DNA of 64,000 nt from an uncultured candidatus Porisulfidus sp. (GCA_965204575.1 OZ241993.1:480001-544000), one strand, 5' to 3'. Positions 40,518 to 50,904 are shown, counted from the first letter of the stretch. Translations and numbers: made by a program. Notes: a model not told the origin generated them from the letters alone.

Positions 40518-41807
40518 CTACTGTGGGAAAGATAAAGGAAAGTTGGCAGACAGGTCTCTACCTGATTTCCCTATTTCTTGACGCTTCACAGGCCGAGCAA
40601 CCCTCTCACGGGGTTGCCCGCCACCTCCACGTCCAGCCGCCCCATTCCCGAAGGCCAAGATGTTCAATGCGGCGTTTACATCCGCATCGTCCGTGTGCCC
40701 GCAAACGGTGCACTTGAATTCTGACTGCGAAGGACGATTCTCCTTCGACACATGCCCACATTGATGGCACGTCTGGCTAGTGTACGCCGGACGCACCTTG
40801 CGCACCTCCATCTTGTAGCTCAGGCAGTTCTCCAACACGCCCCAGCAGGAAACTAGGATCTTTCGATTCAGCCTGGATTTCGCTTTAACATGTTTACCTT
40901 GTTTCTCCGTCGTGCCTTTGGCCGATTTCGTCATGTCTTTGATGTTCAGATTCTCAATATAAGCGAGGTCGTACCGCGAGGCGATGCCTTTACTGGTGTG
41001 GTGCGCCCAGTTCAGACGGGCGAAACGTTCCGCTTGGTATGCCTTCTGCAACCGCACTTTCGTAATCTTCCGCCGATTGCTTCCTTTCATCTGACGGGTT
41101 ATTTTGCGCTGGTATCGCTTCCTCCGGGCGATCTTCTTCTCAATATCCGGGCCTGGGTGTTTGGTTCCATCAGAAAGAACCGCCCAACGGCCATCCGACA
41201 CATTGCGGTCAATCCCAACCTCCCTTATAGCGTGAGGAAGACTACCCTGTATGCTTACTTCGTAAGTCAGGTAGGCGTACCAGTTCCCGCACTCATGCCG
41301 GATTCGCCCGGACTTGAACTCGCCATGCGGATACGGGTTAGCTCCTGCAAGTTTCATCCACCCGATCTTTTGCACATACAGGCTGTCGCCGGAGATTCTC
41401 GCAGAGACATAATTGATCGGAAACGAAGGTCTGGTGGTATGCTTGCCATGGAATCGTGGAGGTTTCCGGTTGAGTTTGCCTCCTGCCTTCACATCGGCAA
41501 AGAACGCTTTGTAGGCCATCTCAATGGGCTGAAGGGAATTCTTGACGATATAAGCCGAATAACCCTGCAACCACTTGTAACTGTGTTGTCTAAGTATTGT
41601 GAAAGTTTTCCCTAGTCCCGGTGTCGGAACGGTTTTCGTGGACATAAAGTAGAAGTTGCATGATCCCCAAGCTTCATGTTCATCCCTGAGCTTCCCAACC
41701 ATGTGGTTCCAGACGAACCGACAGGCTCCAGCAGTGCCATGCAACTGCCGATGCTTTCGGCTTGAGCCAGGATACAGGCGATAGCGTACGATGCGGTGGG
41801 TTTTCAT
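40518..41807 (-). CDS. tnpB: IS200/IS605-family RNA-guided endonuclease TnpB
   Basis: YRLYP...GACRFVWN, RuvC triad GIDRN / IENL / DADVNAALNI, Zn finger CHQC...CTVC. The start at 41807 fits the promoter spacing. Confidence 0.93.
   Translation of the reverse strand: MKTHRIVRYRLYPGSSRKHRQLHGTAGACRFVWNHMVGKLRDEHEAWGSCNFYFMSTKTVPTPGLGKTFTILRQHSYKWLQGYSAYIVKNSLQPIEMAYKAFFADVKAGGKLNRKPPRFHGKHTTRPSFPINYVSARISGDSLYVQKIGWMKLAGANPYPHGEFKSGRIRHECGNWYAYLTYEVSIQGSLPHAIREVGIDRNVSDGRWAVLSDGTKHPGPDIEKKIARRKRYQRKITRQMKGSNRRKITKVRLQKAYQAERFARLNWAHHTSKGIASRYDLAYIENLNIKDMTKSAKGTTEKQGKHVKAKSRLNRKILVSCWGVLENCLSYKMEVRKVRPAYTSQTCHQCGHVSKENRPSQSEFKCTVCGHTDDADVNAALNILAFGNGAAGRGGGGQPRERVARPVKRQEIGKSGRDLSANFPLSFPQ
40558..40700 (-). 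ncRNA. Candidate omegaRNA/reRNA overlapping the tnpB 3' end
   Basis: Expected position for a TnpB guide RNA, with a stem-loop and a TCAA terminus. Boundaries are approximate. Confidence 0.45.
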
Positions 41808-41813
41808 CAGGCA

Positions 41814-41842
41814 ATTCTCCATCGGCGAAGACTGCCTGTCAA
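41814..41842 (-). promoter_or_regulatory. Sigma70 promoter of tnpB (probably leaderless)
   Basis: TTGACA-17 nt-GAGAAT-6 nt-ATG on the minus strand. Confidence 0.65.
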
Positions 41843-41891
41843 CTTTCCTTTATAGTTTTCTCTAATATTTCTCTTTTAGACCGACCTTATC

Positions 41892-43115
41892 ATGCCTCCC
41901 CCCGCACCCTCCAACAACTCACACGGCAGGTTGCGCCGGTTTTTCCCATCGAGGCGGCAAGGGCTCTGGTCGATCGGCGTCCTCGGCCTGTTCGGCTTCG
42001 CGGCCTATGCTTTGGTTGCCACCGCGCCGCAGCCGGAAGCAGTCCTGACCGACCTGCCAAGTCTCACGGTAGAAACGTACACGGTGGTGCGGAAGGATAT
42101 CGCACCGCATGCCACCTTCACGGGCCGCCTGCAGCCGCGCCGCAGCGCGGCATTGCGCTTCGAGGTTTCCGGCCAGTTGCTGCATCGTGCGGCTGAACCC
42201 GGGATGACCGTTTCCGCCGGCGACACGCTACTGGTTCTCGACGACCGGGACTTCAAGGATCGGGTACGCACCGCCGAAGCGGAATTGCGCCTGGAGGAAA
42301 GCGGCATCGAGCGGGACCGGGTCCAGCTGGAACAGGCGACCCGGCATCGCGAACTGCAGCGCGAAGAAGTTGCGCGTCACACGCGGTTGGGCGAGCGTTC
42401 GCTGCTCTCGCAGTCTTCACTCAACGCCGCCGAGCAGAAACTCACCGAACTGGAATCGCGGGTGGCCGAACTGACGCATTCGGTCGAGACGGGCGAACAG
42501 CGCCTCGCGTTGAAACAGGCGAAATTCGACCAAGCCCGCCGGGATCTTGCCCGAACCCGGCTGACCGCACCCTTCGACGGACGCGTCAACACCGTGCTCG
42601 CCGAAGTCGGCGACCGCATCACCGGCGACCAGACGGTGGCTTCCGTGGTCGATGTGACGGAACTGGACTTCTACGTGGAAGTCGACGGCGCCACCGCCCT
42701 TGCGCTGGAACTCAACCAGGAAGTCACGGTGAAAACCGGAGAGGAAGAGCGCCCCGGCATTTTGGTCGCCCTGCAGACCGATCCGGACCCGCGCACTTTC
42801 ACGCATGCGGTTCGCATCCGGATCCCCGGCGACCGTGCCGCGCCGGGGCAGTTGGCCGTTGCCCGGCTGCCCCTGCCGATCATCAGGAACGCGCTGGTGG
42901 TGCCCGTGGAGGCCCTGCGAGTGGATGCGGCCGGCCAAGCCGTGTTCCGTATCGAGGGGCAGTCGCTGCAGCGCATCGCGGTCACGCCCGGACCCCGCGT
43001 CGGCCCCTGGCAGGTGATCGAGTCGGAATTGGAGGAAGGAGACCAGATCGTCGCCCGTGACGCCGCGGCCATGGATGTCCGTCGTCCCATCCGCGTGCGT
43101 GAACGGACGCCATGA
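41892..43115 (+). CDS. RND efflux periplasmic adaptor (MFP)
   Basis: N-terminal TM, FEVSG, lipoyl halves (GMTVSAGD, APFDGRV...EVGD), coiled coil. Confidence 0.9.
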   Translation: MPPPAPSNNSHGRLRRFFPSRRQGLWSIGVLGLFGFAAYALVATAPQPEAVLTDLPSLTVETYTVVRKDIAPHATFTGRLQPRRSAALRFEVSGQLLHRAAEPGMTVSAGDTLLVLDDRDFKDRVRTAEAELRLEESGIERDRVQLEQATRHRELQREEVARHTRLGERSLLSQSSLNAAEQKLTELESRVAELTHSVETGEQRLALKQAKFDQARRDLARTRLTAPFDGRVNTVLAEVGDRITGDQTVASVVDVTELDFYVEVDGATALALELNQEVTVKTGEEERPGILVALQTDPDPRTFTHAVRIRIPGDRAAPGQLAVARLPLPIIRNALVVPVEALRVDAAGQAVFRIEGQSLQRIAVTPGPRVGPWQVIESELEEGDQIVARDAAAMDVRRPIRVRERTP

Positions 43116-46100
43116 TCCGTTTCTCGCTGCACAACCCGCTACTGGTCAACCTGGTGCTGGCGCTGGTGCTGGTGCTGGGCTTGCTGGCCTGGCATTCCAT
43201 GCCGCAGGAGGTGTTCCCCACCTTCGATCGCGACATCCTTCAGGTCCGCACCACCTTCGAGGGCGCCTCGCCGGAAGAGGTCGAGCGCCAGATCACCATC
43301 CCGATCGAGGAAGCGCTGGATTTTCTCGTCGACATCGATTCCGTCACTTCACGCTCGCAGGAAGGCCTGTCCACCATCCAGTACAAGCTGCTGGAAGGCG
43401 CCGACCCGGACGAATTGCTGCGCGAGATGCGCACCGAGATCGACTCCATCGAGGATTTTCCGGAAGATGCCGACACCCCGCAGGTCAGCCGGCTCAAGCA
43501 TCTGATCCCGGTGATCAGCATCGCCCTGCACGGCGAAGCGCCGATGTCGCTGATGTACGACGTGGCCGACGAACTGCGGCGGAACCTGCAACAGATTCCC
43601 GGGGTTTCCGGCGTCGGCGTGACCGGCAAGCGGGACTGGGAAATGTGGGTGGAACTGGATCCGCACGAACTGGCTGCGCGCGGGGTGACTTTGGATGAGA
43701 TCACCGCAGCGCTACGCGGCAACCTGCGCGATACGCCAAGCGGCATTATCCGCAGCACTGAAGGCGAGATCCTGTTGCGCGGCATGGGCGCGAAAAGCGT
43801 CGAGGCGATCGGGGAAGTCGTGGTGCGGCACAACGCGCAAGGCGGCCAGTTGCGGATTCGCGACCTGGGCCGGGTGTCCATGCAGCTGGAGGAACCGATC
43901 ACCATGGGCCGGTTCAACGGGATGCCGGCCGTCAACATGACCATTTCCAAGAGTGCCCACGCCTCCACCTACGAGGTCACCACCCGGGTCCGCGAGGAGA
44001 TTGCGCGGTTTGTGCCGCCCGAAGGCGTGCAAGCCAGCTTTTTCATGGACATGTCCCGGTTGATCGAAACCCGCGTCAACACCGTCCAGGCTTCCGGCAT
44101 GGTGGCGCTGGTGCTGCTGCTTTTCTCGCTGTATTTCCTCCTCAACTTCCGGATGGCCCTGATTACCGCGATGGGAATTCCCGTAGCCATGCTGACCGCC
44201 GTCATCGTGATGGCGCTGCTCGGGTACAGCATCAACATGGTCAGCATGTTCGCGTTCCTGGTCGTGCTCGGGCTGGTCGTGGACGACGCCATCATCATCT
44301 CTGAAAACACCCACCGTCACATGGAGGAGGGAATGGAAGCGCACGAGGCCGCCTATATTGGCGCGCGCGAGGTCATGTGGCCGGTGCTGGCTTCGATCTT
44401 CACCACCATTGCGGCGTTTCTTCCCCTGCTCGGCGTCTCCGGCATCCTGGGCAAGTTCATCGAGGTGATCCCGGTGGTGGTGGTCGCGGCGCTGGCCGGC
44501 TCCCTGCTGGAAGCTTTCCTGATCCTGCCCTCGCACGCCGCAGAAATCCTGAAATTGCGGCATACCGAGCACAACACGGAGCGTTGGCACGCCTTCCTGG
44601 ACCGCTACCGTTCCCTGCTCAAGTGGAGCATTCAGAACCGCTACCTGGTCGCCAGCGCCACGATCGGCGTACTTGTGGTCACGCTGGCCTTCATGTTCAC
44701 CCGGATGCCTTACACCCAGTTCGACGATGTGGAAAGCAACCGGTTCCTCGTCAATATCGAGGGCCCGAACACCTACGGCCTTGCCGACTCCGACGCGCTG
44801 GCCGAGCGCATCGAAAACGTCATCTACGAAGTGGTCGAGCCGCATGAACTGAAGAGTTTGCAAACCAATGTCGGGGTGAACATGATCGGCTTCGACCAGT
44901 ATGCGGTCAGCAGCCACTACGTGCAGATCAGCGTCAACCTGACCGCTCCAGCGCCCGATGGGTGGATCGAGGCCTACGTCTCCCCCCTGATCAACATGAA
45001 ATTCCGGAACCGGGGCGTGCGCGAACGCACGACCGAGGAGGTCCAGGCTGAAGTCCGGGCGGCACTGAAAACGGTTCCGGGAATCCAGCGCATTGCTTTC
45101 CAGGGCGATCAGGCTGGCCCCGCCGGCGCCGACATTGAGGTTGGCGTTATCGGACCGGATCTCGGCCTCCTCCAGCATCACGCCGAGCAAGTCCGGAACT
45201 ACCTGGCCCGCCTTCCCGGCGTCGAAGACGTCCGGCATGACTTGGAGCCCGGGAAAATCGAATACCAGTACGCCCTGAACTCGCGCGGGCGGGAACTCGG
45301 CATCACCCAGACCGAACTCGGCACTGCCGTCCGCATGGGATACCAGGGGACCAAGGTGATCTACATCAGCCAAGGCGACTTGCGCGTGCCGGTCCGGGTG
45401 CTGTACCCGCACATGACGCGATACGACTCCGCGGCCTTCGACCGCCTGCCCATCACCACGGACAGCGGCACGGTCTATCTCGACGAGGTGGCGGACATTA
45501 CCACGACCCGGGGCCTGTCCACGGTGCGGCGGCGCAATGCCGAGCGGATGGCGACCATCACGGCCGAAGTGGACCCGGCGATCACTTCGCCGGGCGCCGT
45601 CTTGACGCTCCTGAACAATGAATTCGCCCACCGCTTCCAGTCCTTGAGCGACTATCAGATGATCTACCTGGGCGAGAAACGCGAGACGGACATCGCGGTC
45701 GTCGACATGAAACGCGCCGCCGTTGCGGCGCTGGCGATCATCTTCTTCATCCTGGCCGCCCTGTTCCGGTCCCTGCTCGACCCGCTGGTGGTGATCGCCG
45801 CGATCCCGTTCGCACTGATCGGGGTGGTGATCGGCCATTCCCTCGCCGGGATCCATTTGCAGTTCCTGTCATTGATCGGCATGCTGGCGCTGGCGGGGGT
45901 CGTGGTCAACGACTCCCTGATCCTGATCAATTTCGTGAAGCAGCTTCGCCAGCGCGGCCATGAACGCATCGAAGCGGTGCTGCTCGGCAGCCGGGCGCGG
46001 TTCCGCGCCATCCTGTTGACCACCGTCACCACCTTCTTCGGCGTGTCGCCACTGATCTTCTTCGCGAGCGGGCAAACCCGGTTCCTGGCGCCGATGGCGA

Positions 46101-46234
46101 TCAGCCTGGGAGTCGGCCTGGTGTTCGCCACCGTGTTAATCTTGTTGGTCCTTCCCTGCTTCTACCTGATCATGGACGACTTCCGGCGATGGCTGGCCAG
46201 CCTGCGGGCTCGCCTTCAGAGGGTCCCCGCATGA
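43112..46234 (+). CDS. RND permease (AcrB/MdtC-like)
   Basis: GASPEEVE..IT.PIEE, GLVVDDAII..EN, GVVVNDS, RFRAILLTT. Confidence 0.93.
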   Translation: MIRFSLHNPLLVNLVLALVLVLGLLAWHSMPQEVFPTFDRDILQVRTTFEGASPEEVERQITIPIEEALDFLVDIDSVTSRSQEGLSTIQYKLLEGADPDELLREMRTEIDSIEDFPEDADTPQVSRLKHLIPVISIALHGEAPMSLMYDVADELRRNLQQIPGVSGVGVTGKRDWEMWVELDPHELAARGVTLDEITAALRGNLRDTPSGIIRSTEGEILLRGMGAKSVEAIGEVVVRHNAQGGQLRIRDLGRVSMQLEEPITMGRFNGMPAVNMTISKSAHASTYEVTTRVREEIARFVPPEGVQASFFMDMSRLIETRVNTVQASGMVALVLLLFSLYFLLNFRMALITAMGIPVAMLTAVIVMALLGYSINMVSMFAFLVVLGLVVDDAIIISENTHRHMEEGMEAHEAAYIGAREVMWPVLASIFTTIAAFLPLLGVSGILGKFIEVIPVVVVAALAGSLLEAFLILPSHAAEILKLRHTEHNTERWHAFLDRYRSLLKWSIQNRYLVASATIGVLVVTLAFMFTRMPYTQFDDVESNRFLVNIEGPNTYGLADSDALAERIENVIYEVVEPHELKSLQTNVGVNMIGFDQYAVSSHYVQISVNLTAPAPDGWIEAYVSPLINMKFRNRGVRERTTEEVQAEVRAALKTVPGIQRIAFQGDQAGPAGADIEVGVIGPDLGLLQHHAEQVRNYLARLPGVEDVRHDLEPGKIEYQYALNSRGRELGITQTELGTAVRMGYQGTKVIYISQGDLRVPVRVLYPHMTRYDSAAFDRLPITTDSGTVYLDEVADITTTRGLSTVRRRNAERMATITAEVDPAITSPGAVLTLLNNEFAHRFQSLSDYQMIYLGEKRETDIAVVDMKRAAVAALAIIFFILAALFRSLLDPLVVIAAIPFALIGVVIGHSLAGIHLQFLSLIGMLALAGVVVNDSLILINFVKQLRQRGHERIEAVLLGSRARFRAILLTTVTTFFGVSPLIFFASGQTRFLAPMAISLGVGLVFATVLILLVLPCFYLIMDDFRRWLASLRARLQRVPA

Positions 46235-46968
46235 ATTTCCGGATTGCCTTGACACTGGCGCTGATGGTGGCGGGCTCCGGCGCACCCGCGCAGGAGGAAG
46301 ATGCCGAATTCCCGTTGTCGCACGCGGCCGTACGCCTAATGCTGGAGCAGGCCGACGACGCCGCCCTGAAAGCGCAGGAACGCCATTTCCCGGAACATTA
46401 CGACACCTTGGTGTCTCAATTGGTCGAACTCCAGCGGGCCGATGATCCGGAGCAGGCCAGCCTGGCGCTGGCCCGGGCGTCGCGGCAGAACTGGGCCCGG
46501 TACAACGAACTGGTGCGCCAGGGCGACCCGGCCGACTGGCGCGAACTGGTGATCAAGCGGAGGGATTTGTTCGCATTGATCGGCAAGACCGATGGCGCCG
46601 AACGATGTCTTGCCTACGAATACCAGGGCACGCAAGCGCTGACCACCAGCGGCAACCCGGCCTATCGGAAGCCGGCGAGCGACTATATCGGACTGTTCAT
46701 CAACACGGCGGCGCGGGCGCGGAGTGCGCCCCGGCAATGGCGGGAGACCCAAGCCGCGGATTTGGACCTGCTGTATGCCACCCTCGAAGCGCAGGAACCC
46801 GATCCCGCACTGCTGGCCGCCTTGCGCCCCGAAGACGCCGTGCATCCGCGGTTCTGCGAAGCCATGGTCGCGGTCATGGATGCCGCCCTGACGCTGGAGG
46901 GCGAGCCGGGAGCCTTGGTTTGGCGGTTTCTCGTGACGACGGGAAACGTAGAGAAACCCGAGGACTAG
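46231..46968 (+). CDS. Exported hypothetical protein
   Basis: ATGA overlap with the RND permease, signal peptide [20 protein letters not shown]. Confidence 0.7.
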   Translation: MNFRIALTLALMVAGSGAPAQEEDAEFPLSHAAVRLMLEQADDAALKAQERHFPEHYDTLVSQLVELQRADDPEQASLALARASRQNWARYNELVRQGDPADWRELVIKRRDLFALIGKTDGAERCLAYEYQGTQALTTSGNPAYRKPASDYIGLFINTAARARSAPRQWRETQAADLDLLYATLEAQEPDPALLAALRPEDAVHPRFCEAMVAVMDAALTLEGEPGALVWRFLVTTGNVEKPED

Positions 46969-46996
46969 GGGTCGTTCCGCGTTTTTCAGCGCACCT

Positions 46997-49009
46997 TCAC
47001 AGCAGCGGCGCAATCACCAGGCTGACGATCGCCATGACGTTGATCAGGATGTTCATGGACGGCCCGGACGTGTCCTTGAACGGATCGCCGACCGTGTCGC
47101 CGACCACGCAGGCATGGTGCGAATCGGAACCCTTGCCGCCATGATGACCCTTCTCCACATATTTCTTGGCGTTGTCCCAGGCTCCGCCCGCGTTCGCCAT
47201 CATCAGCGCCAGAAGCACGCAACCGAGCAACGCCCCGCCGAGCATCCCGCCTAGCGCCTGCGGGCCCAGTCCGAACCCGACGACCACCGGCGCAATGACA
47301 GCCAGCGCCCCGGGCGGGATCATCTTCCACAGCGCCGCCTTCGTCGCAATATCCACGCAACGGACCGTGTCCGGTTTCCCGGTGCCTTCCAGCAGGCCCG
47401 GAATCTCCTTGAACTGGCGGCGGATCTCCTGGATCATCTCGAACGCGGCGTCTCCCACCGCGGTCATGGTGAGCGCCGCGACAATGAACGGGAACGTCCC
47501 GCCGATAAACAGGCCGACCAGCACCAGCGGGTCGTTCAGCCGAAGCTCGATGGCGTCGCCCTGGCCGTGGGCGACTTCAGCCAGGAACGCCGTGATGATG
47601 GCCAGCGCCGCAAGCGCGGCGGCGCCAATCGCGAACCCTTTCCCAATCGCGGCCGTCGTGTTGCCGACTTCGTCGAGCGTATCGGTGATGTGCCGGGTTT
47701 CCTCGCCCAATTCAGCCATTTCCGCAATGCCGCCGGCGTTGTCCGCCACGGGCCCGTAAGCATCGATCGCCATGGTCATGCCGACCGTGGCCAGCATTCC
47801 GACCGCGGCGATGCCGACCCCGTAGAGGCCTGCCACCATATGCGCGAAATAAATGATGGCGGCGATGGACAGTACCGGCACGGCCACCGACTGCATGCCG
47901 GTTGCGAGGCCCCGGATCATGACCGTGGCGGGGCCGGTCTCCGACGCGTTGGCGATCCGCCGCACCGGCGAACCCGCCGTGAAATATTCCGTCACCAAGC
48001 CGATGATGATGCCGCCGACGGCGCCGGCCAGCACCGCGATCCAGATGCCGGAAGCCAGCTCGAAGTAGCCGATGATGAAGTGCGCCAGCACGATGAACAG
48101 CACGGCCGAACCGAAAGTGCCCAGGCGCAAGGCGGCATCAGGCCGGCTGTGCACCCGGCTGCGGACCAGCAGGATGCCGATCATGGAGCACGCGATCCCG
48201 GTCGATGCCAGCGCCAGCGGCAGGAACATCAGTACCTGCTGGGGACCCAAATCCGCCAACACCATCGCCGGCAGGGTGGACGCCAGGGCGATGGTCGCGA
48301 TGATCGACCCGCAGTACGACTCGAAGATGTCCGACCCCATGCCGGCGATATCGCCGACGTTGTCGCCGACGTTGTCGGCGATCACTCCCGGATTCCGGGG
48401 ATCGTCCTCCGGGATTCCCGCTTCGATCTTGCCGACCAGGTCCGCGCCCACGTCCGCGCTCTTGGTGTAGATGCCCCCGCCGACACGCGAGAACAGAGCC
48501 ACCGAAGAAGCGCCCATGCCGAAGCCGTGGATGATATGCGCGGTCGCCGGATCCTGTCCATAGATCAGGTAGAGCGAGCCCAGGCCCAGAAGGCCGACCG
48601 CGGCAATGGTCAGGCCCATGATCGAGCCACCGTAAAAAGCCAGGGACAGCGCGGTCGGGGCGCCCGCCATGTTGGCCGCCACGGCCGTGCGGACGTTGGC
48701 CCGGGTCGCCGTATACATGCCGATGAGGCCGGCGAGCGACGAACAGACCGCTCCCGTCAGGAAAGCGGCCATGGTGTGGACCCCCAGATCGGACAAGGCG
48801 ATCGCAACCGCCACGACCGCGGTGAACAGGTACATCACCAGATATTCGCGACGCATGAACGCCATGGCGCCCTGCTGGATTTCCCGGGCAATCTCGACAA
48901 CCCGTCCGTGGCCTTCAGGGTAGCGCAGGATGATGCGGTACAGAAGAAGGGCCGCCAATAGTCCGGCAACCCCCAGCACCAGCGGCATGTGATCAAGTGA
49001 AACGTTCAA
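46997..49009 (-). CDS. hppA: Membrane-bound pyrophosphatase, K+-dependent type (probably Na+-pumping)
   Basis: [55 protein letters not shown]. Confidence 0.93.
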   Translation of the reverse strand: MNVSLDHMPLVLGVAGLLAALLLYRIILRYPEGHGRVVEIAREIQQGAMAFMRREYLVMYLFTAVVAVAIALSDLGVHTMAAFLTGAVCSSLAGLIGMYTATRANVRTAVAANMAGAPTALSLAFYGGSIMGLTIAAVGLLGLGSLYLIYGQDPATAHIIHGFGMGASSVALFSRVGGGIYTKSADVGADLVGKIEAGIPEDDPRNPGVIADNVGDNVGDIAGMGSDIFESYCGSIIATIALASTLPAMVLADLGPQQVLMFLPLALASTGIACSMIGILLVRSRVHSRPDAALRLGTFGSAVLFIVLAHFIIGYFELASGIWIAVLAGAVGGIIIGLVTEYFTAGSPVRRIANASETGPATVMIRGLATGMQSVAVPVLSIAAIIYFAHMVAGLYGVGIAAVGMLATVGMTMAIDAYGPVADNAGGIAEMAELGEETRHITDTLDEVGNTTAAIGKGFAIGAAALAALAIITAFLAEVAHGQGDAIELRLNDPLVLVGLFIGGTFPFIVAALTMTAVGDAAFEMIQEIRRQFKEIPGLLEGTGKPDTVRCVDIATKAALWKMIPPGALAVIAPVVVGFGLGPQALGGMLGGALLGCVLLALMMANAGGAWDNAKKYVEKGHHGGKGSDSHHACVVGDTVGDPFKDTSGPSMNILINVMAIVSLVIAPLL

Positions 49010-49042
49010 GGTTCGGCTCCTTCCTATGGAGTTGGGGGTGGC

Positions 49043-49273
49043 TCAACCGCCCGTAACAGGAGGGAAAAAGGCGATTTCGTCACCGTCCTGGATTTTGGCG
49101 TCAAGCGCAGCATGCCGGGCATTGATCGCTGCCAACACCCTTGCATCCGGTTCCTGCTTGACCAAGGCTTTCCAGACGTCCTGCACGCAATCCAGGCCGT
49201 TCGCCTCGATTTCAACGCTTTCGCGACCGATCCGGTCACGGAGGCTGGCAAAAAATCGAACCGTGATGCTCAT
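49043..49273 (-). CDS. moaD: MoaD/ThiS sulfur carrier
   Basis: VRFFASLR...GDEIAFFPPVTGG C-terminus. Confidence 0.88.
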   Translation of the reverse strand: MSITVRFFASLRDRIGRESVEIEANGLDCVQDVWKALVKQEPDARVLAAINARHAALDAKIQDGDEIAFFPPVTGG

Positions 49274-49361
49274 GGGCAGGGGCTTTGTTACGGAGCATTT
49301 TACCCCTGCAAGCGTTTTGCGTCGGTGCCAAGACACGCAGGCATCATGCGATAATGAGCCG

Positions 49362-50873
49362 ATGGATCGTTGCCGCCCCACTATCCTGGTCATCCTGGAC
49401 GGGGTCGGCATCAACCCCGACCCCCAAAACAATGCCTTGGCCCAGGCGCAGACTCCGCGGCTGGACGCCCTGTTCTCCGAACATGCGTTCACCCAGTTGC
49501 AAGCCAGCGGTGCCGCAGTGGGCCTGCCGGACGGGCAGATGGGAAATTCCGAGGTCGGGCACATGATTATGGGGTGCGGGAGCATCGTCCTGCAGGATCT
49601 GGTCCGCATCGATCAAGACATTCGTGACGGCTCATTCTATGAAAACCCGGTTCTGCTGGAATCTGTCCGTGAAACGGCCGCGCGCGGCAGCCGGTTGCAC
49701 CTGCTTGGCCTGGTGTCCGACGGCGGGGTGCATTCCCACGTCCGTCATTTGCTCGCGTTGATCGAACTGGCGCGACGTGAGAGCGCCGTGCCACATGTCC
49801 ACATGTTTACCGACGGGCGGGACGTCCCCCCGCAAAGCGCCTTGGACTACCTGCCCGAACTGGAGGCAGCGCTCGAAGGCCTCGGCTCCGTCGACACCGT
49901 GTGCGGCCGGTATTACGCGATGGATCGTGACCGCCGTTGGCCGCGCACCCGGCGTGCTTTCGAGGCGATTGTCCATGGGCGGGGAGTTTCTGCGCCGGAT
50001 GCGGCCGCCGCCATCCGGCAGGCTTATTCAAAAGATCTCGGCGACGAATTCATTGAGCCCGCCGTCTGCGCGGGTGCCGCGCCACTGGCACCGGAGGACC
50101 TCATCGTGTTCTTCAATTTCCGAAACGACCGCCCGCGGCAATTGGCGGAGAGCCTGAGCCGACCGATTTTCAAGGAATTCGACCGCGGGAATTACACACC
50201 CGCGAAACTGGTGACGATGACTGAATTCGGCCTTGACCAGGGCGTGCCGGTTGCGTTCGAGGAGGCCCAGCCCGAGGTGACGCTGGCGGAAATCGTCAGC
50301 CGTCAGGGTATCCCGCAGCTGCATTGTGCGGAAACCGAAAAATACCCCCACGTTACGTTCTTCTTCAACGGCGGGCGCGAACCGCCGTGGCCGGGAGAAC
50401 AGCGCGTGATGCTGCCTTCGCCGAACGTCGAGACCTACGACCAATGCCCGGAGATGAGCGCAGAGGCAGTCGCGGATGCGGTGGTCGACGCCATCCGCAG
50501 CCAGCAGTACGGATTCATCCTGGTCAACTTCGCCAATGCCGACATGGTCGGCCACACGGCGCAGGCAGACGCGATCATCCGGGCGATCGAAGCGCTGGAT
50601 GCCCAGGTCGGGCGGATCGTCGACGCCGCGGAAGAACACGGCATGGCCCTGATGCTGACCGCCGACCACGGCAATTGCGACGAGATGATCGATGCGGACG
50701 GGCGCCCCCACACCCAGCACACCACGCATCCGGTTCCCTGTGTCGTCATGGACCAGTCCGGGCGCCACCTGCGCGACGGCGGGGGGCTTGGAAACGTCGC
50801 ACCGACCGTGCTGGACCTGATGGGCCTGGAGCGCCCGGCGGGAATGCCCATGGACAGCCTTCTGACTGCTTGA
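49362..50873 (+). CDS. gpmI: 2,3-BPG-independent phosphoglycerate mutase
   Basis: ILDG.G, QMGNSEVGH, SDGGVHSH, GRYYAMDRD, AETEKY.HVTFFFNGG, ADHGN. Confidence 0.96.
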   Translation: MDRCRPTILVILDGVGINPDPQNNALAQAQTPRLDALFSEHAFTQLQASGAAVGLPDGQMGNSEVGHMIMGCGSIVLQDLVRIDQDIRDGSFYENPVLLESVRETAARGSRLHLLGLVSDGGVHSHVRHLLALIELARRESAVPHVHMFTDGRDVPPQSALDYLPELEAALEGLGSVDTVCGRYYAMDRDRRWPRTRRAFEAIVHGRGVSAPDAAAAIRQAYSKDLGDEFIEPAVCAGAAPLAPEDLIVFFNFRNDRPRQLAESLSRPIFKEFDRGNYTPAKLVTMTEFGLDQGVPVAFEEAQPEVTLAEIVSRQGIPQLHCAETEKYPHVTFFFNGGREPPWPGEQRVMLPSPNVETYDQCPEMSAEAVADAVVDAIRSQQYGFILVNFANADMVGHTAQADAIIRAIEALDAQVGRIVDAAEEHGMALMLTADHGNCDEMIDADGRPHTQHTTHPVPCVVMDQSGRHLRDGGGLGNVAPTVLDLMGLERPAGMPMDSLLTA

Positions 50874-50904
50874 GCCTAGATCGCTGGAGGAACTTCCAGC
50901 CCGG

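Larger units (their letters stand above)
40532..41853 (-). mobile_element. Solo-tnpB element (no tnpA), bracketed by a 22-bp imperfect inverted repeat
   Basis: Lower GC than the flanks. IR copies at 40532-40553 and 41832-41853. Hairpin gcaaccc/gggttgc (40597-40617) followed on the minus strand by ...GCGTCAA (candidate right end at 40578). Confidence 0.65.

Noticed and set aside
40518-41807. tnpB as nuclease-dead TldR or as Cas12f
   Set aside because: All three RuvC acidic residues are present and there is no adjacent CRISPR array.
41808-41822. Upstream ATG (MENCL) for tnpB
   Set aside because: It falls inside the predicted promoter. The ATG at 41807 fits both the family N-terminus and the -10 spacing.
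43712-45856. 714-aa ORF antisense to the RND permease, and similar long shadow ORFs (32098-33474, 47567-48961, 3907-5145, 17849-18964)
   Set aside because: They lie opposite well-supported genes, have no recognisable motifs, and are expected in GC-rich DNA.
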